64,000 nt of DNA from an uncultured delta proteobacterium. Lineage in GTDB: Bacteria; Desulfobacterota; Desulfobacteria; Desulfobacterales; QNYZ01. The notes under the pieces are model-generated. The model did no database searches and was not told the origin of the DNA. It was given only the letters and a program-made list of their open reading frames with translations. The DNA is taken from the NCBI GenBank assembly GCA_963845145.1, contig CAWJQU010000015.1:32001-96000 (forward strand). Reading direction: 5' to 3'. This document shows, in pieces, positions 31,154-40,718 of the stretch. The position numbers and the translations under genes were made by a program. Positions within the stretch are counted from its first letter, which is position 1. Each line of letters opens with the position of its first letter.

Positions 31154-31498
31154 GTCGATCGCTCCTTGTCGTTGTTTTGTCGCTCGGGCTACCATGAGTC
31201 TTGTTTTCAGCAGATGGCGGAGAGAGATCGAGTCAAAATGCAGTTGGAAATTTTTTTGGCAGCTTATACTTACCAAACACCCACGCGGTGGATTTCCAGA
31301 TAGCGTTGTAGCGGAAGACGGCAAACTTACCCAGCCGTAATATAGACCACATAACAGGAAAAAACCATTAAAAATATTACATGATGTCTCATTTTCGAAA
31401 TCCCTTTAAATTTAGCTCTACTTTGCCGAAAAATATTCAGCCGCTTAAATTTGTTGTTGATTAGTCTTCCAGTGACGACGATTATCTGTTTTGAATAC

Positions 31499-31514
31499 AG
31501 CAATTCTTATGCCA
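31499..31514 (-). promoter_or_regulatory. Sigma54 -24/-12 promoter of the CsgG locus
   Basis: Minus strand TGGCATAAGAATTGCT with exact spacing. Confidence 0.85.
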
Positions 31515-31772
31515 GTTGCAGAGGGGCAACTCGTGGATATTCCACTTAGGAAAAATATTCGGATAAAAGCTAGTTTACAGGAAGCCCCTTCGCATTCAAA
31601 CCACAAATAATTAAAGTTCTACTTTGCAAAATTTTCGTCATTTAATCCATTTTTTGGAATCGATCTATCATGTTAAATCCACATCGAATGTTCGGGGAAA
31701 TACAAAATGCACATTCCAAATAGGGATGGATCGAAAATGGGGGGCTATCAGGATGGGAGGAACAACAGATTC

Positions 31773-31818
31773 GGTTGATATCCACCAGTTTCGGTGGTTG
31801 TGGTGGTGCATATGAACC
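31773..31818. promoter_or_regulatory. Two palindromic GGT-N2-ATAT-N2-ACC sites, candidate enhancers
   Basis: GGTTGATATCCACC (31773) and GGTGCATATGAACC (31805), 32 bp apart and upstream of the sigma54 promoter. Confidence 0.55.
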
Positions 31819-31854
31819 ACTATCCGAATTGGTTTACGGTTTCTATGTGGGGAT

Positions 31855-33210
31855 TTAGTGCTGCTGAATGCCGAACTTCTTCAAACGGTAACGGAGGGTA
31901 TTCCGTGTGACATTCAGCATTTTAGCGGCACGGCTTTGATTCCAGCCGGTCTGTTCAAGGGCATCTATGATCATCTGTTTTTCACGAGCCCGTAAATCAA
32001 AATGATTAAACTCGGTATTCGACCCGCCTTCTTTTACCATTTGGCAAATATGAGTGGGAACATCAGAAGAGGTCAAATTTTCACCCTTTAAATTTAATAC
32101 GCATCGTTCCATGATATTGCGCAACTCTCGAATATTCCCCGGCCAAATGTATTGTTTCAATTGCTGAAGGCCATCAGGACGAATTTTGGGAGATTGACGT
32201 TCTAAACTTTGGGCATAATGATCAATAAAATAGCTACAAAGCTCAGGGATATCGTCAACTCGATCGCGTAATGGCGGAACGTGAATCTGATAGGCATTAA
32301 GCCGGTAATAGAGATCACTTCTAAATTGAAAATTTGCCACCATGCTTGATAGATCTTGATTGGTAGCGGCAATAATTCTCACATCAACAAATTTTCGACC
32401 CACGACACCCACTGGTGAAACCGTTTTTTCCTCTACGGCATGCAAAAGCTTGGGTTGAAGAGTTAACGGCAGGTCCCCGATTTCATCCAAAAACAGGGTG
32501 CCGCCATCTGCTTTTTGGAAAGCACCGATCTGATCTTTTACAGCACCGGTAAAAGCTCCCTTGCGATGACCAAAAAGTTCAGATTCGAGGAGGTCTTTGG
32601 GAATGGCCGGACAGTTTATCTTAATAAATGGGCCTTTGGATCGATTGGACCTCGTGTGAATACCAATAGCCACCAACTCCTTACCAACGCCGGATTCACC
32701 GGTGATCAATACGGTCGTAGGGCTTTGTGCGACACGTTCCATCGCTTCACGAACTTTTTCGATGGCTACAGACGATCCGATCATGGAACCTTGGGTTAAT
32801 GCCCACTCATTTTTTGAATGGCCTGCCCCCAATCTACTATTTCTCTCCGTATAATCGAGCGCTTTTTGTATAGCTTCTTCTACTTGTTCATTCATTAATG
32901 GCTTGGTAAGATAGTCGAAGGCGCCCTTTTTAACCGCATCCACTGCCGAATCGATCGACCCGAAGGCGGTTAAAATAATCAGCGGCGTTTTGATTTTATT
33001 GCGATTTTTAAAATCGAGAACTTCCATACCATCTTTTCTAGGCATTTTCAGATCGGTGAGGACCACATCCGGGTGCCACTGTCGCCAAAGCATAATTCCC
33101 TCAACACCGTCTCGACCTGTTTTTACCATAAACCCTTTATCTTCAAGCATTAATTGCAGCAATCGACGCATTCTTGCTTCATCTTCGATGATTAGGATTT
33201 TAGCTTTCAT
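31855..33210 (-). CDS. Sigma54-dependent response regulator (NtrC/AtoC family)
   Basis: REC domain, GESGVGKE, GAFTGA, WPGNIREL and Fis HTH. Confidence 0.95.
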   Translation of the reverse strand: MKAKILIIEDEARMRRLLQLMLEDKGFMVKTGRDGVEGIMLWRQWHPDVVLTDLKMPRKDGMEVLDFKNRNKIKTPLIILTAFGSIDSAVDAVKKGAFDYLTKPLMNEQVEEAIQKALDYTERNSRLGAGHSKNEWALTQGSMIGSSVAIEKVREAMERVAQSPTTVLITGESGVGKELVAIGIHTRSNRSKGPFIKINCPAIPKDLLESELFGHRKGAFTGAVKDQIGAFQKADGGTLFLDEIGDLPLTLQPKLLHAVEEKTVSPVGVVGRKFVDVRIIAATNQDLSSMVANFQFRSDLYYRLNAYQIHVPPLRDRVDDIPELCSYFIDHYAQSLERQSPKIRPDGLQQLKQYIWPGNIRELRNIMERCVLNLKGENLTSSDVPTHICQMVKEGGSNTEFNHFDLRAREKQMIIDALEQTGWNQSRAAKMLNVTRNTLRYRLKKFGIQQH

Positions 33211-33218
33211 AACGATTC

Positions 33219-35780
33219 TCAACCGACATTGTTCGCCTCCGCAGGAGCAACATTTTCATTCATCGAGGATTTTTGTTTTTTAGGAAGAACAACCGTAACC
33301 GTTGCTCCCTCATCACTATTATTTTTCAGATTCAACGTTCCGCTGTGGGCCTGTATAATTTGCCGACACAATGAGAGCCCCAATCCCAGGCCCTTATCCT
33401 TTGTTGTAAAAAACTTGCGAAATAGATGTGCGGCATTTTCTTTAGCAATTCCCATGCCGGTATCTTTTATAAAAATCTTCACTGAATTTTTTCGTTGTGT
33501 TTCAGCGGCCTGGATAAAAATGAAACCCGCGTCCGTAAAAGCCTCCTCACTATTCCGAATAAGGTTGACGAGGAGCTGAGAAAGCTGTTTTTTATCTCCT
33601 ACAATTGTCAGGGGATCCACTGAATATTGTCGGACAATGGTGACATCAGGACGATGGTCATGCCCACTTTCCCAACGATTTAGCATAATATTCATCATAT
33701 TGATCAGATCGAATCGTTCAAACGTTGGTTTGTTATATCCGGAAAGTCCCAACATATTTGAGAACACTAGATTTAATGTGTCGGCCTCGTCGACAATATA
33801 CTCCAGTAACTCCTGATGCGTTTTGTGATCTCTTGGTTTTGAGACCAGGTATTGCGCCGAGCTTCTGATAATTGCCAGGGGGTTTTTAATCTCGTGAGCC
33901 AGCATTGATGCCATTTCACCGATATTGGCAAGTTTCTCCGATCGAATCAATTTTTTGTACATATTATGGATTCTGCTTCGGCTCTCGGTTAATGCTTCAT
34001 AGATAAGTGTATTTTCCAAGGCAAGGGCTGCTTGATTGGATAGCGTTTTAAAAACCCTGATTTCCCTTTCCGTATACACTCGATTATTTTGTTTCAAACC
34101 TAAAAAAAGAACGCCCACCAGATTCCGGCCTGATTTCAGCCCAAGAATGAGGACATATCCAAGGCCGTAAATATCCGCTATCGCGGCTGCCAGTTTCGAA
34201 TCGGATTGAGATTGGTATATAGACAGATCGGAACGAATATTTTCCAGATAATGAAGCAATACCCCTGCGGAACGCGGCAGACGCTCCGGTGCCGATTCAC
34301 TTGAAAACGTACGGCGCCATCCCTTTTTTATAACCTCAATCGCCACCTTTTCGACCTTGAAGGTTTGTCGAAGATCTCCAGTTAAAAGCGCCGCCAGATC
34401 ATCTATTTTCATGACTGTCGTCAGGCGACGGCTAAATGGCTGCAACAATCTCGTCACATCGATTCGATTAGGGAAAAGAAAACGATCAATCGTGAATTGT
34501 ATCCGGCTGCGGATGGGATTAAGAAAAAAGACAACCAAAACCAGAAGTGGAAAAATAATATGCTGGGCCTGAAACCCGACCACTCTGTTAAAAAATGAAA
34601 GTAAAACAGCATAAAAAAAATAAAGCGTGATGATGAGAATAAAGTAGGCCAAACTGGTACTCAGTGCCTCATCAATCTCTAACAACCGATACCGGATCAT
34701 AACGTATAAAAATGCCAGCGGTAGCGATAAGCCCCCCAAAACTACCAGACGAAAAGTTATCAGGGGGTAGCCCCATAAAAGACTGGGAAGTAGATATAAG
34801 AAAACGTAAGGTCCCAGACCGAACCATGTGGCGATTAGCGGAATCCTCAGCTGATTTTTCACAACCTTCGAACGGGTCATATAATAATCGCTTACATGTT
34901 TGCCGTAGGCCGCGAAGATGATAAAGGGCACATGCCAACGTCGAAAACGCTGAATCCCCCCCCAAAAATCCATAGACGGTCCTGATGCAATATATGCAGC
35001 CACCACTGACACTATCGGAGGTAGAAGATAAATGGCCGTGATAGCCCAGGGCCGACCGACAAGAAGCTGGCGATCGACAGGAAAATTAAAGCAGTAATGC
35101 GCCCAGGCGCTGAACATCACCCAGTTACCAATCGCTAAAAGAATAAACGATGCCGACATGATCATGGGATGCAACTGGCCTAAGTCGAAGGATATTTGAC
35201 TGGCAATGATCATAGCACAGGCGGTTAGGGCCATAAAAAAAGAGCTTGCCGGCTGCTCCGGGGGAGATAGCAGCACGGCGGTAAGCGAACATATGATCAG
35301 AGTGACAATGAGTAAGTAATTGGGCCATAGGTCTTTCAATAGGGTGGCCCAACCAATCTTTTCAAATTGGATTGGAATGGATAATTGTGCGCCATCTCTT
35401 TCTATAATGGCTTTCCTCGAATGTCCTACCGGTTGCTGTTGGAAAAAAATATATCCAAGAAAATGGTGATACGAAAGGCCAAAAACGCGTTTAATACGAT
35501 CTCCCTCACGGAATGTATTTATCGGGGCATCTATCGTGTTGATAACGAAACTATCATTGGTGGGCGTTAGCCGGAACCCAGGCGTCCCATGGTGAATAAT
35601 ATGTACCGATAAAACGATGGCCCATATGACGGGGATAAACGCCCCCAGAATATAAAATAATAGCCGCCCTTTCATCGGTTCGCCGGCCCATGATGTTTTT
35701 TTCCTTAAAAATGGTACCGATAATTTTTTTGGCATGATTGAGTTGGGCACTCGCTGAAAATTCCAATCGCTGAAATTCAT
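33219..35780 (-). CDS. Multi-TM sensor histidine kinase (PDZ-like periplasmic domain, TM bundle, GAF, HisKA, HATPase)
   Basis: LAHEIKNPL, NLIRNS, DTGMGI and GLGLGL. Start position is uncertain. Confidence 0.93.
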   Translation of the reverse strand: MNFSDWNFQRVPNSIMPKKLSVPFLRKKTSWAGEPMKGRLLFYILGAFIPVIWAIVLSVHIIHHGTPGFRLTPTNDSFVINTIDAPINTFREGDRIKRVFGLSYHHFLGYIFFQQQPVGHSRKAIIERDGAQLSIPIQFEKIGWATLLKDLWPNYLLIVTLIICSLTAVLLSPPEQPASSFFMALTACAMIIASQISFDLGQLHPMIMSASFILLAIGNWVMFSAWAHYCFNFPVDRQLLVGRPWAITAIYLLPPIVSVVAAYIASGPSMDFWGGIQRFRRWHVPFIIFAAYGKHVSDYYMTRSKVVKNQLRIPLIATWFGLGPYVFLYLLPSLLWGYPLITFRLVVLGGLSLPLAFLYVMIRYRLLEIDEALSTSLAYFILIITLYFFYAVLLSFFNRVVGFQAQHIIFPLLVLVVFFLNPIRSRIQFTIDRFLFPNRIDVTRLLQPFSRRLTTVMKIDDLAALLTGDLRQTFKVEKVAIEVIKKGWRRTFSSESAPERLPRSAGVLLHYLENIRSDLSIYQSQSDSKLAAAIADIYGLGYVLILGLKSGRNLVGVLFLGLKQNNRVYTEREIRVFKTLSNQAALALENTLIYEALTESRSRIHNMYKKLIRSEKLANIGEMASMLAHEIKNPLAIIRSSAQYLVSKPRDHKTHQELLEYIVDEADTLNLVFSNMLGLSGYNKPTFERFDLINMMNIMLNRWESGHDHRPDVTIVRQYSVDPLTIVGDKKQLSQLLVNLIRNSEEAFTDAGFIFIQAAETQRKNSVKIFIKDTGMGIAKENAAHLFRKFFTTKDKGLGLGLSLCRQIIQAHSGTLNLKNNSDEGATVTVVLPKKQKSSMNENVAPAEANNVG

Positions 35781-35952
35781 AGGTTGTTAAACGAAAAATG
35801 AATATCTCAAATGGCGCATGGGGTGTCAATGATGATACTTTTTGATGTTTATTCATAAAAACATGCTTTGAGAAGAGTTTCCTTTCGAATAGATGGATAT
35901 TATGATAACCTGTTTCTGTCCTAAAAAATCTGATTAAAGAGTGCAATACTAA

Positions 35953-36645
35953 ATGACCAATTCGATCTTTTTAAATCCGACAACCATTATTGATAGTGAT
36001 CATCCACGGGTTCAAGATCTCGCTGACACACTGACAAAAAGTGTTGGTACCAGCCAAATAGAGCAGGCGAAGGCCCTATTTTATTGGGTTCGAGACGAAA
36101 TCCGTTATGATCCATACACTGCGTTTTATCGACCCGAGCACTTTCGGGCCAGCGATGTTATTGAAAGAGGACGAGGCTTTTGCATCCCCAAGGCCTCCTT
36201 GCTTTGTGCACTGGGCCGCGCCTGTGGCATTCCCTCGCGGGTCGGGTTTGCCACGGTACGCAATCACCTGGCCACACGAGAACTTATTGATATGCTTGGC
36301 TGTGACCTGTTTTCCTGGCATGGATTTGTGGAATTTTATCTTAACGAGCAATGGTTCAAGGCCACGCCTACTTTTAATATCGAATTATGCCGAAAGTTCA
36401 ATGTCCGCCCACTGGATTTTAATGGCCAGGAAGATTCCATTTTCCATGAATACAGCCAGGACAAAAAGAAATTTATGGAGTATGTTGAATTTTTGGGAGT
36501 ATACGCAGACATACCGGTTAACAAAATAGTGGCAGGCTGGAAAGTGACCTACGGCGAGAAACGAGTAATGCAATGGATTGATGAATTGGAAAAAACCGGC
36601 GGCCGAACGTGGCGACAATTTATGGATGAGGAACCGGTTGGATGA
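35953..36645 (+). CDS. Transglutaminase-like domain protein
   Basis: LFYWVRDEIRY, GFCIPKASLLCALGRACGIPSRVG and HGFVEFYL. Confidence 0.9.
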   Translation: MTNSIFLNPTTIIDSDHPRVQDLADTLTKSVGTSQIEQAKALFYWVRDEIRYDPYTAFYRPEHFRASDVIERGRGFCIPKASLLCALGRACGIPSRVGFATVRNHLATRELIDMLGCDLFSWHGFVEFYLNEQWFKATPTFNIELCRKFNVRPLDFNGQEDSIFHEYSQDKKKFMEYVEFLGVYADIPVNKIVAGWKVTYGEKRVMQWIDELEKTGGRTWRQFMDEEPVG

Positions 36646-37529
36646 AAAAGAATACAATTAAAATCGGGCGCAACGAGTTCTGCCCCTGCGGTAGTGGTAA
36701 AAAATATAAAAGATGTTGTGGCAGTGCTGGGAAGCGAAAAACATCTACTGAGGCGGAACAATATGCCCGCCAGCACAACATTCGGCTAAAAACCCCGGCC
36801 GAGGTCGAAATGATGCGGAGAGCGGGCCTTTTGGCGCTTGAGACGCTTGAAAAGGTCGAGGCAATTATAAAGCCGGGGATCACTACGGACGATATCAATA
36901 CCCTGGTTCACGACCATACCCTGGCGTCACATGCGCGCCCTGCCCCGCTCAATTACCGCGGGTTTCCCAAAAGTGTGTGCGTGTCGGTCAATGAGGTGAT
37001 TTGTCACGGCATTCCGGGACCGCGGGTGTTAGAGGAGGGGGATATCGTTAATGTCGATGTTACCCCGATATTGAACGATCTCTATGCCGATGCCAATAAG
37101 ATGTTTTTCGTGGGAACACCCAGTCCGGATGCGGTAAAAATCGTCGATGTTGCCCGACGATGCCTAAAAGCAGGTATCGCCATCGTTCGACCAGGGAATA
37201 CCATTGGAGACATCGGTTGGGCCATTCAGGAGATTGCCGAGGGCGAGGGGTGCAGCGTGGTCAGAGAATTCGTTGGGCATGGCGTTGGGTTTGAGTTTCA
37301 CGAACCGCCCCAGGTCCCCCACTTCGGTCAACCCGGCGCCGGAATCAAGCTGGTGCCAGGGATGGTGTTTACCATCGAACCCATGATCAACCTGGGCGGC
37401 CGATACTTGAAGATTTTGGACGACCAGTGGACAGCCATCACCGCCGACGGCTCACTATCGGCACAATTCGAACAAACCGTCCTGGTTACAGAAACCGGCG
37501 TCGAGAGCCTGACGCCGTTTGAGCTATAA
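36642..37529 (+). CDS. map: Type I methionine aminopeptidase with N-terminal SEC-C motif
   Basis: GRNEFCPCGSGKKYKRCC, SVNEVICHGIP, GHGVG and FTIEPMIN. Confidence 0.95.
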   Translation: MKKNTIKIGRNEFCPCGSGKKYKRCCGSAGKRKTSTEAEQYARQHNIRLKTPAEVEMMRRAGLLALETLEKVEAIIKPGITTDDINTLVHDHTLASHARPAPLNYRGFPKSVCVSVNEVICHGIPGPRVLEEGDIVNVDVTPILNDLYADANKMFFVGTPSPDAVKIVDVARRCLKAGIAIVRPGNTIGDIGWAIQEIAEGEGCSVVREFVGHGVGFEFHEPPQVPHFGQPGAGIKLVPGMVFTIEPMINLGGRYLKILDDQWTAITADGSLSAQFEQTVLVTETGVESLTPFEL

Positions 37530-38333
37530 ACGATAAATCTCAGGTCGGCGGTTTGGCAGGAAATATCGCATCCGATGTGAGCGTACAGCTTTCAGATCGG
37601 CGGCCTTAAAATCGGCGAATAACAGCCCCTCCCGATTCTCCAGATATTTTTCGATCACATTTCCCGAAGGTCCGATGGCAACCGCCAGCCCTGCAAAAGA
37701 TAGCCCCAGTCCGTTTTCGCCATAGGGGTTACAGGCCACAAGATAGATGCTGTTGTCAAAGGCCCGGGCAGGTAAATGGCGCATCCAGGAGGCAAACTTT
37801 TTCTCCGGTGTCACACGCGGAGAGGCGTGCGGAATAAAAATGACTTCTGCCCCGGCCAGAGCCATCTGGGTGGACAACTCGGGGAAGTGGGCATCATAAC
37901 AGAGCTGAACACCAAATTTGATACCCGCTGCGTTAAAAATGGGAATGTCCGAACCAGGCGTTAGTTCAGCCTGTTCGGGAGGTGCGAGATGTAATTTACG
38001 ATAACACTGAACCGCTCCTTGCGGTGTTACCACCAGATGCGTGGCGAAAATGCGATTTTTATGATCACGTTCCGCCATCCCGGCCAGAATGACCATTTGG
38101 GTAGCTTTGGCCGTCTCCATAAGACGTGTGGGAATATCGCCCGGAAAGGGCTGCGCCACTCGACGGATATCGGGTCTGCTCGTGTAACCGGTAATGCTCA
38201 ACTCTGGAAAGCAGATCAGCGCCGCGCCCTTTTTGTGAGCCCGATCACAATATCGATCCATACGATCCAAATTCTCTTCAATGTCACCGACTGGGGAAGA
38301 GACCACAGCGGCGGCAATGCGAATATCTTTCAT
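37524..38333 (-). CDS. Nitrilase/carbon-nitrogen hydrolase family protein
   Basis: Catalytic triad context FPEL, YRKLHL and LCYD. Confidence 0.92.
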   Translation of the reverse strand: MKDIRIAAAVVSSPVGDIEENLDRMDRYCDRAHKKGAALICFPELSITGYTSRPDIRRVAQPFPGDIPTRLMETAKATQMVILAGMAERDHKNRIFATHLVVTPQGAVQCYRKLHLAPPEQAELTPGSDIPIFNAAGIKFGVQLCYDAHFPELSTQMALAGAEVIFIPHASPRVTPEKKFASWMRHLPARAFDNSIYLVACNPYGENGLGLSFAGLAVAIGPSGNVIEKYLENREGLLFADFKAADLKAVRSHRMRYFLPNRRPEIYRL

Positions 38334-38453
38334 ATCTGCTATCGAAATCCCAATGATGCCGAAACGGTAAAAAAGAGTTACTTGCTTCAGTGAGCGAAGG
38401 CGCCACCACAAGGCGGCCCGAAATTGGAACCGGAATCGACCCTATGGCCATGG

Positions 38454-38924
38454 TCACACGGAGAATTCAGCCTTTATCTTAAATACATGCGTTGCGGGAA
38501 GATTGAGTATGGTGGTGATTCCGGTCTTTTGGGAAATCTCAGCCAGATTGGCCTCAATCTCCGCCATGGAAGGCGCGATAAACGTGAACCAGACATTGTA
38601 TTCGTTGTCACGCTGGTAGTTATGGGTGACCCCCCGGTACCGATTTACCGCCGCTGCGAACGAATCGATTTTTTCAGGGGGTACTTTGGCGGCACAAAGG
38701 GTACTGACATGATTCAGTTTGTGGGGCACAAAATTACCCCCGATTCGCCGAATAAACCCCTCTTTTTTCAACCGCTTCATGGATACAATGACCTGGTTTT
38801 CCGTCAAATTCAGCTCATCCGCAATGGCAGCAAAGGGGCGAGGAGATAAGGGAAAATCGGATTGAACGCGATTTAAGATTGCGCGATCAACACCATCTAA
38901 AGGCTGTTTGTTCTGATCAGTCAT
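38454..38924 (-). CDS. ahbA: Siroheme decarboxylase alpha subunit (AhbA/NirD-like)
   Basis: QSDFPLSPRPF, IRRIG and VTHNYQR...YNVWFT. Confidence 0.85.
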   Translation of the reverse strand: MTDQNKQPLDGVDRAILNRVQSDFPLSPRPFAAIADELNLTENQVIVSMKRLKKEGFIRRIGGNFVPHKLNHVSTLCAAKVPPEKIDSFAAAVNRYRGVTHNYQRDNEYNVWFTFIAPSMAEIEANLAEISQKTGITTILNLPATHVFKIKAEFSV

Positions 38925-39319
38925 TATCCCTCGAGTATACGAATATTGACCTTGCGGGACCGCGGTCCATCAAACTCGCAAAAAAATAACCCCTGCCAGG
39001 TCCCCATTATTAGCCGATTGTCCTTGACCTCGATCCATTCCGAGGCACCCACCACAGTCGACTTGATATGCGCCGCCGAGTTACCCTCCAAGTGATCGTA
39101 TCCGGCATCCCATGGCACGACGTCGTTTAACACCTTAAGGATATCCGCCTTGACGCTCGGGTCGGCGCTTTCATTGATAGTCACTGCCGCCGTGGTATGG
39201 GGTACATAAACGAAACAGAACCCGTTCACCATTGACCCGGACTTGCTCAGAAGCCGGTTTACCTCGCCGGTAATATCGACAAATTCCGTCTTGGCATTGG
39301 TTTTTAGAGATAGAATCAT
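38924..39319 (-). CDS. yjbQ: YjbQ/UPF0047 family protein
   Basis: HTTAAVTINE, HLEGNSAAHIKS and GTWQGLFFCEFDGPR. Confidence 0.93.
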   Translation of the reverse strand: MILSLKTNAKTEFVDITGEVNRLLSKSGSMVNGFCFVYVPHTTAAVTINESADPSVKADILKVLNDVVPWDAGYDHLEGNSAAHIKSTVVGASEWIEVKDNRLIMGTWQGLFFCEFDGPRSRKVNIRILEG

Positions 39320-39342
39320 TGTCTCATGCGCCTGTCAGACAC

Positions 39343-39381
39343 AAAAAAAAGCCCCCCGGCTTTCGCCGTGGGGCTTTTTTT
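39343..39381. terminator. Bidirectional intrinsic terminator after dsrC
   Basis: A8-GCCCCCCGGC-TTTC-GCCGTGGGGC-T7. Confidence 0.9.
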
Positions 39382-39406
39382 AAATAAAATGAAAGCCACC
39401 GGTGAC

Positions 39407-39724
39407 TTAAACGCACCCGGTCGGTTTGGGAAGACCAGCCATTTTACAAGCGCCTTTTCCCGGTCCTGACGGAAACAGTTCGTAAATATGCTTCAGTTTA
39501 AACCCGGTCACTTTGGATAACACCCGCACCATCGGAGCGATCCCGTTTTTCTCATAGTACTCTTGGAGAACCTGGATGACTTTTGTGTGCTCATCACTTA
39601 ATTCCTCGATCCCTTCTTCCTTTTTAACATGCTGAACCCACTCTTGGGACCAATTTGAATAATCATCAATGAAACCATCTTCATCTACGACGAACGTTTT
39701 TCCATTAAATTCTACTTCCGGCAT
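39407..39724 (-). CDS. dsrC: DsrC sulfur-relay protein (two-Cys C-terminal arm)
   Basis: YELFPSGPGKGACKMAGLPKPTGCV with both conserved Cys. GGAGG RBS. Confidence 0.95.
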   Translation of the reverse strand: MPEVEFNGKTFVVDEDGFIDDYSNWSQEWVQHVKKEEGIEELSDEHTKVIQVLQEYYEKNGIAPMVRVLSKVTGFKLKHIYELFPSGPGKGACKMAGLPKPTGCV

Positions 39725-39771
39725 TTAAAAACCTCCTTATGAATAAAAATTATCACCTGAACATCTCAAAA

Positions 39772-39799
39772 AGTATCTTTGCTTATTAAATTTTGTCAA
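39772..39799 (-). promoter_or_regulatory. Candidate sigma70 promoter of dsrC
   Basis: TTGACA, 16 nt, GATACT. Confidence 0.45.
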
Positions 39800-39842
39800 C
39801 TACCGAATCCAACCATCGTTGTCAACATGAAAATAAAAATAC

Positions 39843-40679
39843 TTAATATTCCTTCGGCATCCGCTCCAATTGGGCCAAGGTGAATACCGGTCCATCCTTA
39901 CACACAAAATGGCGCCCGACATTGCACCGACCGCACATGCCGATACCACATTTCATCCGATTTTCCAAAGAAAGAATGATATTTTTTTTATTATATCCAA
40001 GATTTTGCAGAACCGGTAATGTAAATTTAATCATAATGGGGGGGCCACAGACAATGGCATAGGTATCATCATCACCATGAGGTGCGACCTCTTGGGCAAT
40101 ATTGGGTCCCAGCCCCACGTGATAATTCCAGTCCGGCGCCTCCCGGTCAATGGTTAGGTGGATATTAATGTCATCCCTTTTTTCCCATTCAACCAGTTCA
40201 TCTTTGTAGAGCAGCATCCCCGGTGTCCGTGCACCGTATACAACAGTAATGTCTCCAAACCGGTCCCGATTGGCAAACATATGGATAATGGACGCCCTCA
40301 AGGTGGTAAATGCAAAGCCGCCACCGATAATGAGCAGGTTTTTGCCTTCCAACGTATCCCACGGGAACCAGTTACCCAGGGGACCGCGAATGCCCATGAC
40401 ATCCCCTTTAGCCATGGCATGCAAGTGCGATGAAACCAGGCCCACCTTGTTTACCGTAAACTTGACAAATCCTTTTTCCGAGGGGGACGACGCAATGCCG
40501 ATAGGAATCTCGCCTTTGCCCGCAATGGAAAGCTCGGCAAATTGGCCGGCCTTGTAGTCAAACCGTTTTTCATCTTCGGCATTTAAAAAAACGAATTTGA
40601 AGGTTTTTAGGTTTTTATCCTCGGTCTCGGTAATGATCTCGTCAATTCGCACCGGATAGGGTAGATATGGGTTTTGCAC
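39843..40679 (-). CDS. flxA: FlxA, FAD/NAD(P)-binding oxidoreductase with 2Fe-2S
   Basis: RGPLGN, GGGFA, CGPPIM and MKCGIGMCGRC...CKDGPVF. Confidence 0.9.
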   Translation of the reverse strand: MQNPYLPYPVRIDEIITETEDKNLKTFKFVFLNAEDEKRFDYKAGQFAELSIAGKGEIPIGIASSPSEKGFVKFTVNKVGLVSSHLHAMAKGDVMGIRGPLGNWFPWDTLEGKNLLIIGGGFAFTTLRASIIHMFANRDRFGDITVVYGARTPGMLLYKDELVEWEKRDDINIHLTIDREAPDWNYHVGLGPNIAQEVAPHGDDDTYAIVCGPPIMIKFTLPVLQNLGYNKKNIILSLENRMKCGIGMCGRCNVGRHFVCKDGPVFTLAQLERMPKEY

Positions 40680-40718
40680 GATCTTTTACTCCTTCATACG
40701 ATACAGCTACTGTGGTTA

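Noticed and set aside
38454..38924. Lrp/AsnC transcriptional regulator
   Set aside because: The FPLxxRPF and HNYxR motifs fit AhbA/NirD siroheme decarboxylase better.
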